DNA from: Thermodesulfobacteriota bacterium
Lineage (GTDB): Bacteria; Desulfobacterota; QYQD01
NCBI GenBank assembly: GCA_031082315.1
Contig: JAVHLC010000002.1
Coordinates: 147,362 to 211,361 of the forward strand
DNA length: 64,000 nucleotides
Direction of reading: 5' to 3'
Shown here: in pieces, positions 17,714 to 27,719 of the stretch
Numbering within the stretch: position 1 is the stretch's first letter
Layout of the letters: every line of letters begins with the position of its first letter
Made by a program: the position numbers and the translations under genes
Notes under the pieces: model-generated
What the model saw: the letters and a program-made list of their open reading frames with translations, nothing else
Database searches by the model: none
What the model was told of the DNA's origin: nothing

Positions 17714-20028
17714 TCTTCGGCGCCTCCTTTAATGGTCGCCAGTCTCTGAGTGAATTCGCCGTAAATGTAATCAAGGTACTCGAAGTCCTCGCTCTTGTAG
17801 TGACGGCTCTCCGTAGGGTGGGCCGGTATTCTTCGCAACTCGTTTACTCTTTCCATCCACCGCACGTTTTTTGAGTAGCCCTTTTCGTTAGGATCGGGGA
17901 TATCAAAAACTGGCTTAAAAAGGGGCCAATGGAGCTTGTTTTCTACTATTTTCTTGTACTCGATAAAATCCAGATAGTTCTCCAAGGGCAGTCGGTCTTC
18001 GTCTTCATCGTCGAGCGACTTCTCGTAGGCACGAGTCTTGATGTTCTTGTCCAGAACACCTTTGTGCCAGTAAGCATCCTTCTCGGTTCCATACTGCTCT
18101 TTGAACTTATCAAATATGTATTTTTGAACAAGGACATTCAATTCCTTCAGTCTGTGGTCCGCAGTGTCGATCAGCTCAGTTGATTGCTCTTGTTCCCATT
18201 CTCCCATGCCTTCAGGCTCGAAATCCGAGAACTGCTGTCTTACTATCCTGCAGAGACGGAAGTAATATTCACGTGGACCACCTGATCCAAATTGAACCTT
18301 GAACTCCTGTTCCATAGCAGTGGGGGATGCTCCCTGCAGCCATCTCAGGATCGGATCAAGATATTCCTCGATCTCTAAGACAAGCTCCTCTGGCGACAGC
18401 TCTCTTGCCATGAGCCCTTTGTTTGGCTCCATATAGGAAATGAGAGACGCAAGAAGTTGCAGGTACGCCTGAAGGGCGACATTGGTGCAGAGGAAGCCTT
18501 GCCGCCCCATCTCCCATTGACTGTGGTTGCTGGACCGTATTAGGCTAAAGTACTGGTTTAGGACACTGCGGGCGTGATCCAGTGTCTCGCTGTCGGAGAC
18601 ACCAGAGAGAGGTCCTGGCGCATACTCCTTTTGTTTAAGAATCGCTCGCCCAAGTAAACCAGAGCGCCGCAGGCCATCCTTGAGCGCCGGCACTGTTAAG
18701 CATGTTTTTTCGGTTGCAGTAATCCCTTGCTGGGTCACTCGACCATATAGAGGCTCACCGATATCGGCATTAAGAATGCCGATCAGTCTCGCACTGATTG
18801 CGCCAACACGCTCCACGGGGACATCCGAACCCCACTTGAGTTCTCCCTCGAGATCGTCAAGAAGTGTTTTTGGCACAGACTTCTGCTCGTGGTTGATCGT
18901 AACGAAGAGGTTCGCCTCTTGTGCCGGGCTGAGGCCCTCAAAGGCTATAACTACGATGTTCTGATTCAGATATTTCTCATCAAGCGGGGCATACCCATAC
19001 AATCTATGCTGGCCGTCAATGATCCACACTGACCGGTAACGGTCCGGCAAATATAGGTACCCATATGTAACCTCGGCCGAATCATCTTTTGCCACAGTAT
19101 CGAAACGCACCTTCCGTGTAAAATTGACAAGTATGTTCGTCGGGAAGAAACCTCCGCCAAGAAGATACTTGCCGATCTGGTGCATTCGAGACCGATTCAC
19201 AAGTCGTTGGTATGTTGGCGCACCATCAGGATCATTCAGTGATCTGTGGTTTACGAAGGCTATCTTGAGAAGCTGCTTCGGAGTGGTAACAAAACAGAAG
19301 AACTTGTGACCGCCAAGCGTTCCACGGATTGCCGGAAGCTTCTGGTTCTGGAGTTCTGGGATTTTCTGGTCTTTGAGAAACTCGGCGAGGAACTGAAACC
19401 GTGCAGCTTTTCTGAGATGATCGGCAATCTGTAAGTAATACCGCAACTCACGTTCTGTTATAATACGGATGTTTTCACCGGCGGCCCGATCCTTATCCTG
19501 CTTCGACCAGATTATGTTCTGTGTTACGAAAAGCCAGATAATCTTTGGCTTGAAGTCAGCGCCATAGTGTTTTTTGATGGAGTCTGCCAAGTATCCCTTA
19601 AGATTGGCAAACTCCTCGATGTCCTTCTGAAGGCTTCTCCGTTTAAGGCTCTCGGATGCTTTGCATTCGGCAACAATTACTGTTTCTTCATCTTTGGCGA
19701 AAACATCAATTTGTTTTCGTATCGGATCAGCGCCCTTCCGGTCGATCCTGACTGTGAAGTTCCGGCCCGCATTAAGTTCATGATACCCCATAAGGTAAAG
19801 AAGCAGCCAAAGCCGATTCTCTAACTGCGTATCAAATGGTCGTGCTCGCTTGAGGCAAGTTTTACGCTTAAGTTCTCTGTCCAGCACCCATCCGTCTGCC
19901 AAGAAACCCTCGACCTCAGCTTTTGAGACAGAGATCTGGTCAAACAGGCTGCGTCTCTTTGCTGCTTCTCTGCCAATGCGAGATGAATCCGTCAACAGTG
20001 ACTCGAGTATTACTGCATTCTCGGTCAT
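17710..20028 (-). CDS. 772-aa fusion protein: N-terminal PD-(D/E)xK-like nuclease motif + DGQHR (DndB-like / ParB-fold) domain + C-terminal uncharacterised region; candidate restriction/defense component
   Basis: IDVFAKDEETVIVAECKASE fits a D...ExK nuclease core; SVWIIDGQHRLYGYAP is the DGQHR signature; the stop overlaps the Dam MTase start by 4 nt; AT-rich low-GC sequence lies upstream (20030-20330). Confidence 0.65.
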   Translation of the reverse strand: MTENAVILESLLTDSSRIGREAAKRRSLFDQISVSKAEVEGFLADGWVLDRELKRKTCLKRARPFDTQLENRLWLLLYLMGYHELNAGRNFTVRIDRKGADPIRKQIDVFAKDEETVIVAECKASESLKRRSLQKDIEEFANLKGYLADSIKKHYGADFKPKIIWLFVTQNIIWSKQDKDRAAGENIRIITERELRYYLQIADHLRKAARFQFLAEFLKDQKIPELQNQKLPAIRGTLGGHKFFCFVTTPKQLLKIAFVNHRSLNDPDGAPTYQRLVNRSRMHQIGKYLLGGGFFPTNILVNFTRKVRFDTVAKDDSAEVTYGYLYLPDRYRSVWIIDGQHRLYGYAPLDEKYLNQNIVVIAFEGLSPAQEANLFVTINHEQKSVPKTLLDDLEGELKWGSDVPVERVGAISARLIGILNADIGEPLYGRVTQQGITATEKTCLTVPALKDGLRRSGLLGRAILKQKEYAPGPLSGVSDSETLDHARSVLNQYFSLIRSSNHSQWEMGRQGFLCTNVALQAYLQLLASLISYMEPNKGLMARELSPEELVLEIEEYLDPILRWLQGASPTAMEQEFKVQFGSGGPREYYFRLCRIVRQQFSDFEPEGMGEWEQEQSTELIDTADHRLKELNVLVQKYIFDKFKEQYGTEKDAYWHKGVLDKNIKTRAYEKSLDDEDEDRLPLENYLDFIEYKKIVENKLHWPLFKPVFDIPDPNEKGYSKNVRWMERVNELRRIPAHPTESRHYKSEDFEYLDYIYGEFTQRLATIKGGAEE

Positions 20029-20389
20029 ATTCGTTACCCCTCAGTACGGCGGCGAATCTTATATAGATTCCACTTTTATCATCAAAACTCGTATATCTTA
20101 GTGATCATATTATAATTTAGATAGTGAACGTCTATAAAATTATAACTTATTATTTTACTGATAGCTCAAGCCCCTTTCTCTCTGGCGCCCTGCTCTTTGG
20201 CCATCTATTTCCCTGGTTTAATTACCTGAACGGCTCGTTTACTATAAATCCGGCAGAAATCAGCCAGCCTGTTTATTAGGATTAAATGAACCTGGCAAGG
20301 AATATCACGAAAAGAAATGGATGGTCAAGGAGATTTGCTGCGGCAACTATTTGAAGGCAAGGCGTGGAGAAGGCGGCTGCCTGGAGACG

Positions 20390-21169
20390 TCAGTATCTGA
20401 AGTGTTTGATCTGCTCACCCTTTTCTCCAATCTCCATCATCGCTTCAATCCCAATCTGGAGGTGCATTTCGGACCACTGCGCAGTCACGCGTTCGTCCAA
20501 TTCCTCTGTCTTGACCCCCTCAGGTGTAAGCGGAAGGTCAGATACAAGGAGGAGTGCGCCCCGGGCGATCTCGTTATAGTGGCCCACAATGAAGAACGTC
20601 GCTGTTTCCATATCAATGGCTATACAGGTCATTTGCTTAAGCCGATCCTGGAAACGCTGGTCGTGTTCCCACAGGCGACGATTTGTCGTGTAAACTACCC
20701 CGGTCCGGTATTCATGCCCGTGCTCCAAAATCTTTTCAGAGACGAACTTATGTAGCTTGAAGGACGGAAGCGCAGGCACTTCAGGCGGGAAATAGTCGTT
20801 GCTGGTGCCTTCGCCCCTTATGGCCGCGATTGGGAGGATGAAGTTGCCAATCTCGGTCGACTTCTTCAACCCTCCGCATTTGCCGAGAAACAACGCTCCC
20901 TTGGGGTGGCGGGCGCTGAGCAAATCCGTTATGGTCGCAACGTTGGCCGTTCCGATGCCGAAGTGGACGATCGTCAGACCGCTGCTGTTGGTCGCAGCCT
21001 GCATCGGCTTGTTGTCCCCGTATATGTCGCATTTGAACTTTTCGGCAAAGTTCGTGAGGTAGTACCGGAAGTTGGTCAGAAGGATATAGTCGCCGAAAAG
21101 ATCGAGGGGCATTCCGGTATAACGGGGGAGCCAGCACTTGGCGATCTCAAGTCGCTCAAGCATGGGCAA
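20390..21169 (-). CDS. Nucleoside phosphorylase family protein (PNP/UDP phosphorylase-type fold; possibly AMP nucleosidase-like)
   Basis: 259 aa; GIGTANVATITDLLSARHPKGALFLGKCGGL and IAIDMETATFF resemble PNP_UDP_1 family cores. Confidence 0.55.
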   Translation of the reverse strand: MPMLERLEIAKCWLPRYTGMPLDLFGDYILLTNFRYYLTNFAEKFKCDIYGDNKPMQAATNSSGLTIVHFGIGTANVATITDLLSARHPKGALFLGKCGGLKKSTEIGNFILPIAAIRGEGTSNDYFPPEVPALPSFKLHKFVSEKILEHGHEYRTGVVYTTNRRLWEHDQRFQDRLKQMTCIAIDMETATFFIVGHYNEIARGALLLVSDLPLTPEGVKTEELDERVTAQWSEMHLQIGIEAMMEIGEKGEQIKHFRY

Positions 21170-21369
21170 GTGCCTCCTTAACGCTCACACACCAAGGGGA
21201 TTCCATGATTGTTTATCGTAGCAGATAAAGAATCTTTTGTCCCGCCATTTTCGCCCATCGGCCTCTGGCTCAAAGGGAAGGTGGCGTCCTCCGTCTTCGG
21301 CCGACCTGGCGGCGTCTGCCCCCGGGGCGGGAGCGATAGGATGGAATGACTTACTCCGCGTAGATTTAT

Positions 21370-22170
21370 TTAATTTATATAGCTGTGCAGGCCGGAGAGA
21401 AGGAAATTGACGCCAAAATACGTAAAGAGCACTGATACAAAGCCGCCAATGGAGAGCAGGGCGATCTTTTTGCCATGCCACCCGCGCAGACGGACATGAA
21501 GAATGATCGCATAGACGAACCACGTAATCAGAGACCAGGTTTCTTTAGGGTCCCATTGCCAGTAGGCCCCCCAGGCCGAGTGTGCCCAGATGGAACCGGT
21601 TGCGATGCCGGCGGTAAGAAACAGAAAACCAAAGACAATCACCCGATAGTTAAGGGTATCCAGGTCTTTTTTGTCATCGGATCTTTTAAACAGGTATGCT
21701 ATGCTCAGGCCACAGGAAACAGCGAATGCGCCATAACCAATAAAGCAGGTGATGACATGGGCAATGAGCCAGTTGCTCTGCAAGGCCGGGACAAGCGGTT
21801 CAATGCGGCTTGAAATAGTCGGTGAAAACGAGGCGTAGGCCAGACCAAGGAAGGCAAAAGGTACGGTGAACACGCCTGCGTGGGCGAGTTTATACTTATA
21901 TTCAGCAATAAAATGGATCAAAATTATTGCCCAGGCAAAGAAGACCAGGGACTCATAAAAATTGGCAAATGGGGCATGGCCGATCCCGAGGTTGTGGGAT
22001 TCAACCCAGCGTAAAATAATAGCAGCGGTATGTGCAACAAAGGTGCCTATAGTGACAACCGAAGCGATCCTCTGGCCGATTTTTGTCTTAAAGATCAGGG
22101 CGCTCAGATAAAATATCACTGCCGCAAGATAGCTGAACGTTACGACAGCGAGAATTTTCGAACTCAGCAT
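21370..22170 (-). CDS. ccsA: Cytochrome c biogenesis protein CcsA (System II heme lyase subunit)
   Basis: WGAYWQWDPKETWSLITWFVYA is the tryptophan-rich WWD domain; multi-pass membrane protein; immediately downstream of resB. Confidence 0.8.
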   Translation of the reverse strand: MLSSKILAVVTFSYLAAVIFYLSALIFKTKIGQRIASVVTIGTFVAHTAAIILRWVESHNLGIGHAPFANFYESLVFFAWAIILIHFIAEYKYKLAHAGVFTVPFAFLGLAYASFSPTISSRIEPLVPALQSNWLIAHVITCFIGYGAFAVSCGLSIAYLFKRSDDKKDLDTLNYRVIVFGFLFLTAGIATGSIWAHSAWGAYWQWDPKETWSLITWFVYAIILHVRLRGWHGKKIALLSIGGFVSVLFTYFGVNFLLSGLHSYIN

Positions 22171-22188
22171 GGCCGTCCGTTTCCCCTT

Positions 22189-23559
22189 TTATTTTATATC
22201 GGCTTTCTGGAGTCGCAGGTAGAGATTATCAAGCCTTTCTTCCAGCCCCAGTTTGTTTTTATTTGTCTGGCCGCCGATGGTAACCGTTGTCCCCTCGCCT
22301 TTTTTCTCCAGCACAGCCCATATCTTACGGTGTGACATGAAAAAGGTCACGGCAATTCCCAATACCATTAATATACTGCCGGCCCAGACAAAGAGGATGC
22401 CCGGTTCCTTGGCTACCTGGAGGCCGGTGTAGAAACCTTCCCTTACCTCGGTTACGAGAAATCGGTACGGTAATTTCTTGGCCCGTCCAAAGTCCGGGTT
22501 GTTTTTGAATATCCAAAGGTCGGTTTGTCCTCCATCGGGTCTGGTCAACAGCATCTGAACCGCGGGGCCCATATCCATCACATTCGGCTCAACCCGTAAT
22601 GAACGAAGAGTACCCAGCCCATCAGGCAAAATGGCCTCCTGGCCGAATGGAACAGAAAGCGGAATGATTTTCCCGCTGCTTTTATCAACCAGATTAAGTT
22701 CAATCGTCTTTGGGAAGCGACCGTAAGAGGCCTGATAAAAAGTGATACCTCTGTACGTAAGGGGCTGGTTGACCCGGATGTTGCCGTTCAAAACCGGCTT
22801 CCCGTTTTCGATAATGGTTATGTCGCTGCGGTAATCCCTTGGTTCGCCGGTGGGATAAAACTGGGCCTCAAACTTATCAACGCGGAGGGCAAAGCCCAGA
22901 TTATAGCCTACGTTAGTATTAGGCAGGGGAACCTGTTCCACCACCGCCCCTTCCGGCAGATTAATGCTGGTCATGAACCCGCCCAGAGAGCTCGCTATCC
23001 CGGCAATATAGAAAATAACGACGCTAAGATGCACGACATAGACCCCGAGACGGGATAATCTTCCCTTTTCCCGCCAGAGAATTGTTGTTGAGCCGGTGGT
23101 AGTCTCGTTCAGATCGCCCAGCCTACCTGAAAGAATGGGCAAGAGCGCGGCCTTAACCACGGAAGGGTTCGCTTTATATTTTAAGGCCCTCGTCCCTGGA
23201 CTGGCCAGGACAGCGTTTTCGTTAAGCCTCTTTTCTTTTGGGAAAACAATATCCCAGACATGCCGGAGCCTGTCCGTAGTACAGACAATCAGGTTCAGCG
23301 CCAGGAGAAGGAGAAGGAGTCTAAACCACCCCGAATGATAGAGGTCCAGCAGAGACAACGAATCCAAAAGCTGGTAAGTGCCATACCCATACCGCTGAAC
23401 ATACATGGCGGGAGGCTCATTTTGAGGGATAAGCGTCCCGACAATAGAGCTTACCGCGAGAAATATAAGTAAGAATATGGTGAGGTTAACTGAAGCGAGA
23501 GATTTCCAGAAAGGTTGTTTTTTTTCGGGTGGCGCTGGGAGGCTGTTTTCCGGCTTCAT
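22189..23559 (-). CDS. ccsB: Cytochrome c biogenesis protein ResB/CcsB (System II)
   Basis: 456 aa; N-terminal TM, large periplasmic domain and C-terminal TM; adjacent to ccsA. Confidence 0.75.
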   Translation of the reverse strand: MKPENSLPAPPEKKQPFWKSLASVNLTIFLLIFLAVSSIVGTLIPQNEPPAMYVQRYGYGTYQLLDSLSLLDLYHSGWFRLLLLLLALNLIVCTTDRLRHVWDIVFPKEKRLNENAVLASPGTRALKYKANPSVVKAALLPILSGRLGDLNETTTGSTTILWREKGRLSRLGVYVVHLSVVIFYIAGIASSLGGFMTSINLPEGAVVEQVPLPNTNVGYNLGFALRVDKFEAQFYPTGEPRDYRSDITIIENGKPVLNGNIRVNQPLTYRGITFYQASYGRFPKTIELNLVDKSSGKIIPLSVPFGQEAILPDGLGTLRSLRVEPNVMDMGPAVQMLLTRPDGGQTDLWIFKNNPDFGRAKKLPYRFLVTEVREGFYTGLQVAKEPGILFVWAGSILMVLGIAVTFFMSHRKIWAVLEKKGEGTTVTIGGQTNKNKLGLEERLDNLYLRLQKADIK

Positions 23560-23760
23560 GTCATTGTATCTCAGAGGGTTATTAAGGTGTCATAACTAAC
23601 GGAAATCCTGTAAAGACTACCCAAAAACAGTCCATTCATTAACATCCCTGTCCCCCGCTTGTCAAGGATTTTATAGCCTCCACTGCTTACGGTTGACACC
23701 ATCCCAAAAAGAAAGGCGACCTAATGGTCGCCTTTCCAGGTTTATCTCCTGATATTACCC

Positions 23761-24684
23761 TTACCTGGGCATAGCGTGGGCAGTATTATGGCAGTCACCA
23801 CACTTTTTGAAGCCCTTAAGCAAAGTCGGACTATGCGGCTGGCCATGGCAGGCCTCGCACTGGATAATATCCCGATGTTTGGGATGGCATTTGGCACAAC
23901 TTAGTTGATCGTGCTTGGACTGGCTCTTCTGGAGATCCTGCAGGGCCTTGGGATGGCATGCCCCACAGGTATCGCGTGGTGTTTCGAGCGGATACGTGAT
24001 CACCAGTGGCATGTGCACCGGGTGGCAGCTTAAGCACTCGGCATTGGTCTGGGTCGGTGTATGCGGTGAATGACAATCGGCACAAACCGGAATATGACGG
24101 TGCACGGTATGGCAGTCGGAACACGCCACGTCTGTATGTTTACTCTTATGGGTCTTAAGCTCGTCGGCTACCTTGCCGTGACAGGTGGAACATCCGGCAT
24201 CCATGTCCGGGCCGGCCATCTTGCCCGTCGGCGCATGTGGGTTGGCGTGGCAGGCAGCGCAGTTAGCCAGTTTATCACCGTGAGCCAGTCCGTGACAGGT
24301 GTTGCATTTAGGCATAATGTCTTCGTATTTGACCTTGTCCGGACGGTACACGTGGTATTTCTCATGACATTTGGTGCAATCGATCTGGTGCTTTCCGCCT
24401 TCATTGCGGATGGTATTGTAATAATACAAATGGCACTGACCGCACTGCTCTGTCTTTAGGGGCGATATCTCCCTTTCATACAGCGGCGCTATCTTGGCCT
24501 TGGCCTTAGCCGGCGCTGCCACTACCGCTGGCGCCTCCGCCGGGGCCGGCATAATAGTTATGGTGCTTTCTCCCGAAATAGTCCCCGGGGCCGGTACCGT
24601 TACTACACGCTGCTCCGCGCAACCCCAAATAACTGCGATAAGCAGTAATACTAACCCCCCAAAGGCTACCAGCAATCTTTTCAT
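23761..24684 (-). CDS. Dodecaheme c-type cytochrome (12 CXXCH; GSU1996-like tandem c7-type domains)
   Basis: Signal peptide plus twelve CXXCH motifs in about 280 mature residues (CGQCH, CTKCH, CNTCH, CAACH, CSTCH, CSDCH, CADCH, CLSCH, CGACH, CAKCH, CEACH, CGDCH). Confidence 0.85.
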   Translation of the reverse strand: MKRLLVAFGGLVLLLIAVIWGCAEQRVVTVPAPGTISGESTITIMPAPAEAPAVVAAPAKAKAKIAPLYEREISPLKTEQCGQCHLYYYNTIRNEGGKHQIDCTKCHEKYHVYRPDKVKYEDIMPKCNTCHGLAHGDKLANCAACHANPHAPTGKMAGPDMDAGCSTCHGKVADELKTHKSKHTDVACSDCHTVHRHIPVCADCHSPHTPTQTNAECLSCHPVHMPLVITYPLETPRDTCGACHPKALQDLQKSQSKHDQLSCAKCHPKHRDIIQCEACHGQPHSPTLLKGFKKCGDCHNTAHAMPR

Positions 24685-24760
24685 TGTCCACCTCTCATAA
24701 CTAAACCTTGGAGGGGCGCCTTGGGGCGCCCCTTATCGCTTACGTATCAGCCCAAACGGC

Positions 24761-25564
24761 CTATTTCATCAGGGTGTGCGCAGCGCCATGACACTTGCCG
24801 CATTCCGTATATTTTGCATGGATACCGGATGCATGTGGTTTTCCATGACATGCCTCGCAGGGCGGAACTACCTTGTGTTTATCGCGATGGCAATAGGCAC
24901 AGGATAGATCATGATGTTTTGTAGTGTTGGCCTTCAAGTTGTCATAGGCATCATAGTGGCACGCCGCACAGGTCTCTGAGGGTGTATCCATGCCATATTT
25001 GATATCCAGGGGTTTATGCGGTGGATGACAGGTCTTACAGGTCTCAAAGGTCATATCTTTGGTATGCGGGTCGTGGCACTTTAAACAATCGAGGTACTGT
25101 CTGTGCGCCGGGTGACACTTTGAGCAATCTAATAGGGCATGTTTGCTTGGAGAAATCGCCATCTCATTTCCCTGCTGTGGATGGCAGGTGAGACATACCG
25201 GCGTAGTCTTCTCGCCCATCTTGATATCTAACGGGGCATGGGTATCCGCATGGCAGGAAGCGCATTCGGGCAATTCATAGTGAGGTTTACCGGCATGGCA
25301 CATAGCACATTTTGGGATAGACTGTGTTCCCAGCGGCGGATGCTCGGTGTGGCAATCCAAACAACCAATAGCCGTCTTGTGTTTGGCCCCTTTAGAGGCA
25401 ATAGTCTCCGGCTGTTGCGGGTGGCACTTCACGCAATCGCTGTTGGACAGGGACGCCTCTGCAGCAATGGCATTACCAACAGGACCGTTATAATACAAAA
25501 CCGCTGCCATAAGGCCTATGGCCAGAACCGCAAATACAACAAATAGTTCTTTTTTATGAAACAT
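24761..25564 (-). CDS. Dodecaheme c-type cytochrome, tandem paralog (12 CXXCH)
   Basis: Twelve CXXCH motifs. Start reassigned to the ATG at 25564 (MFHKKELFVVFAVLAIGLMAAV signal peptide) with a GGAGGG RBS; the listed ORF start at 25687 adds a non-signal N-terminus. Confidence 0.85.
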   Translation of the reverse strand: MFHKKELFVVFAVLAIGLMAAVLYYNGPVGNAIAAEASLSNSDCVKCHPQQPETIASKGAKHKTAIGCLDCHTEHPPLGTQSIPKCAMCHAGKPHYELPECASCHADTHAPLDIKMGEKTTPVCLTCHPQQGNEMAISPSKHALLDCSKCHPAHRQYLDCLKCHDPHTKDMTFETCKTCHPPHKPLDIKYGMDTPSETCAACHYDAYDNLKANTTKHHDLSCAYCHRDKHKVVPPCEACHGKPHASGIHAKYTECGKCHGAAHTLMK

Positions 25565-26149
25565 ATAGCGCCCTCCACAAGGGATGAATAGTGATTCAAC
25601 GCAAGCGATGTTAGCATTACGAATAAACCATGTCAAGCATTTAATAGGGGGTTTGTGATAAATTAGGGCCTTGTTGATTATTGGCACCTCACCTCTTGAA
25701 CCTTACTAACTAATTGCTTCGACTACAGTTTCGTCTCGTTCCCCATAACTCCGATATCCAAACAGGAGGAGAGGTTCATTGTTTCTTCAGGGACTGGTGT
25801 TAAATGTAGCCCTCCGATGATGGTAATAATATTCAAGCCAATGGCTTTGATCGCCTCAGCCAGTCGGACGGCCGGGTGTTATAGTAATAGTGGTAGCCGA
25901 TATACACAGATATTTGGGGCCTGATGAGATGACGTATCAGATGTTTTTTAGGGGCAAACACTTGGAACAGGCTTCGCTCACGGTGACCGGATAACGCGCC
26001 TTTCTAAGGCATGAGGCCCGAGAGAGAATCCCGAGGGAAGGGAGTGTGTTGCCAGCACCCGAAAGTGGCCCATAGCGTTCTTCCGGAGAAATCAAGGGAG
26101 ATAAGATTATGTCGGGTAGCCGGTTCAACGGTAAAACTTAAAAGATATA

Positions 26150-26193
26150 AGGGGCAAAAACAAGGCGGGATGGGTATAGATACCCATCCCGCC
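26150..26193 (-). terminator. Intrinsic terminator after the OmcS-like gene (perfect hairpin GGCGGGATGGGTAT/ATACCCATCCCGCC, then U-rich tract on the minus strand)
   Basis: Inverted repeat 26164-26193; minus-strand continuation TTGTTTTTGCCCC. Confidence 0.55.
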
Positions 26194-26224
26194 CGGGTTA
26201 ATTATCTTATCTTTACAACCAAGA

Positions 26225-27322
26225 TTAACTACCGTCATCCTTGGTGGTATGGCAGACAAAGCACCCTGTGCTAAGGGAGCCTCCGTTCGCTATCATAGTG
26301 CTATAATCCCATCTCAGAATATCCGCATAGCCGCTGGCATGGGCCCGGTGACAGGAGAGGCACGTAACGATATCAGTGCCGGCTGCCACTGTCCCGCTCG
26401 CCGCATTGGGGATTGTAGTCCGCCCCACCGGAACCGTAGGATTATAAGTAGTCGAGATGCTTGCATATTCACCGCTATTAGGTATGAGCACATCAGTTGG
26501 ATGTCTTGTCCAGGGGCTGGCTGTACCAATACCGGTAGCGCCTGACATATGGAAACTACCATGGCACTCGGCACAGAGCTCGCTTATGGTATTGACATCC
26601 GCCCAGGCCATGGTGGTTCTGGCGGCATAGATTGCACCTTTATACTCATTGTGGTCAGCGGCACCAACCGTGTCCTGCCAATCGGTGTCCTCTCCGCCCT
26701 GTACTTTGTAGAGGAAACGGTAACTGGTGGCTACAGAAGCCCCTTGAGAACCTTCGACGATACCGCCAAACTTAAGGACGGCGTCACTGCCATGGTGGGC
26801 TCCACTTACACCGGCATAATTGCCGGAATTATCCCGGTTGCCATGGCAACCATTTTGCCCGGCACAGGTCAGCCGGCTGGCGGTAGCGTAATCCGTGCTT
26901 GCAGGATCCATAGCAGCTGCATAGCCCGGGGGTGTGTTCGTTAATGTGCCGTCTGCGGCCACGACGCCCTCGACGTTGTGTCCGTAGGCATCGCCAGTAT
27001 CTACGACGTACTTAAAATTGCCGCCGGCCAGGTCATTACCGTCGCTGTGCCACACCTGGGGAATATTGGTAACAATGTTGCTTGCCCCTGCCGGATCGCT
27101 TCCGTGACAACCAACACAGGTACCGCGCACCAGGTTTCCCTGGGGGTCTGTCTCCCCAGCCTTTAACTGCATTTCCGTACCACCCTGGCTGTTGTGCATG
27201 GTATGGCAGTTTACGCAGGCACCTGTGACGGTTGCCAGGGCATACCCGACCGGTACCAAGGCCAGAAATACGCTCAATAGAACCGCCAAACAGCTAGTTT
27301 TAAACATACCTGCCCTTCTCAT
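26225..27322 (-). CDS. OmcS-family multiheme c-type cytochrome, paralog 2
   Basis: CVNCHTMHNSQGG, CVGCHGSDPAG, CAECHGSFH, CLSCHRAHASGYADILRWDY, CFVCHTTKDDGS; paralogous to 7703-8872. Start uncertain (27307 or 27322; signal peptide MRRAGMFKTSCLAVLLSVFLALVPVGYALA); the listed start at 27493 is unlikely. Confidence 0.8.
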   Translation of the reverse strand: MRRAGMFKTSCLAVLLSVFLALVPVGYALATVTGACVNCHTMHNSQGGTEMQLKAGETDPQGNLVRGTCVGCHGSDPAGASNIVTNIPQVWHSDGNDLAGGNFKYVVDTGDAYGHNVEGVVAADGTLTNTPPGYAAAMDPASTDYATASRLTCAGQNGCHGNRDNSGNYAGVSGAHHGSDAVLKFGGIVEGSQGASVATSYRFLYKVQGGEDTDWQDTVGAADHNEYKGAIYAARTTMAWADVNTISELCAECHGSFHMSGATGIGTASPWTRHPTDVLIPNSGEYASISTTYNPTVPVGRTTIPNAASGTVAAGTDIVTCLSCHRAHASGYADILRWDYSTMIANGGSLSTGCFVCHTTKDDGS

Positions 27323-27719
27323 GATTATCACCCCTTTCTCCATATTTTTCATATCTGTACTCAAAGTCATCCCCTCCTTTCTAATTTTTGGCCATAAAGA
27401 GAAGGGCCGGTTACGCCACTGGGCTCGCCTCCGGCACCATGGCGTCCAACTTGGGCACCGGGGGGTCACTGCCCTCCCTTTCCTAGGATTCAATGAGCCT
27501 TTTACTTTTATTTTAGGAGCCTATCCTTATCGTTTTAGCTTCACCTGCCTTCTTGCCTCTCACGTCCTTGTGAACCTGAGGCCAAGGGGATAGTTCTCAC
27601 CTTTAATTCACTTATCGGTAACTATGGAGAAAACTTTAATTTTTTATTCTTTTGCAGACACTTTTTCACTTGTTAAGTGTATCGGCAAACTGTCTGAAAA
27701 CTTTAATATTTTTAATTAA

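Noticed and set aside
25690-26225. Possible small ORFs (13 aa after an AGGAGGAGAGG motif; 35 aa MMVIIFKPMALIASASRTAGCYSNSGSRYTQIFGA) between the dodecaheme and OmcS-like genes
   Set aside because: No clear start or RBS pairing, no recognisable features; could equally be the 5' UTR/promoter of the dodecaheme operon. Not reported as genes.
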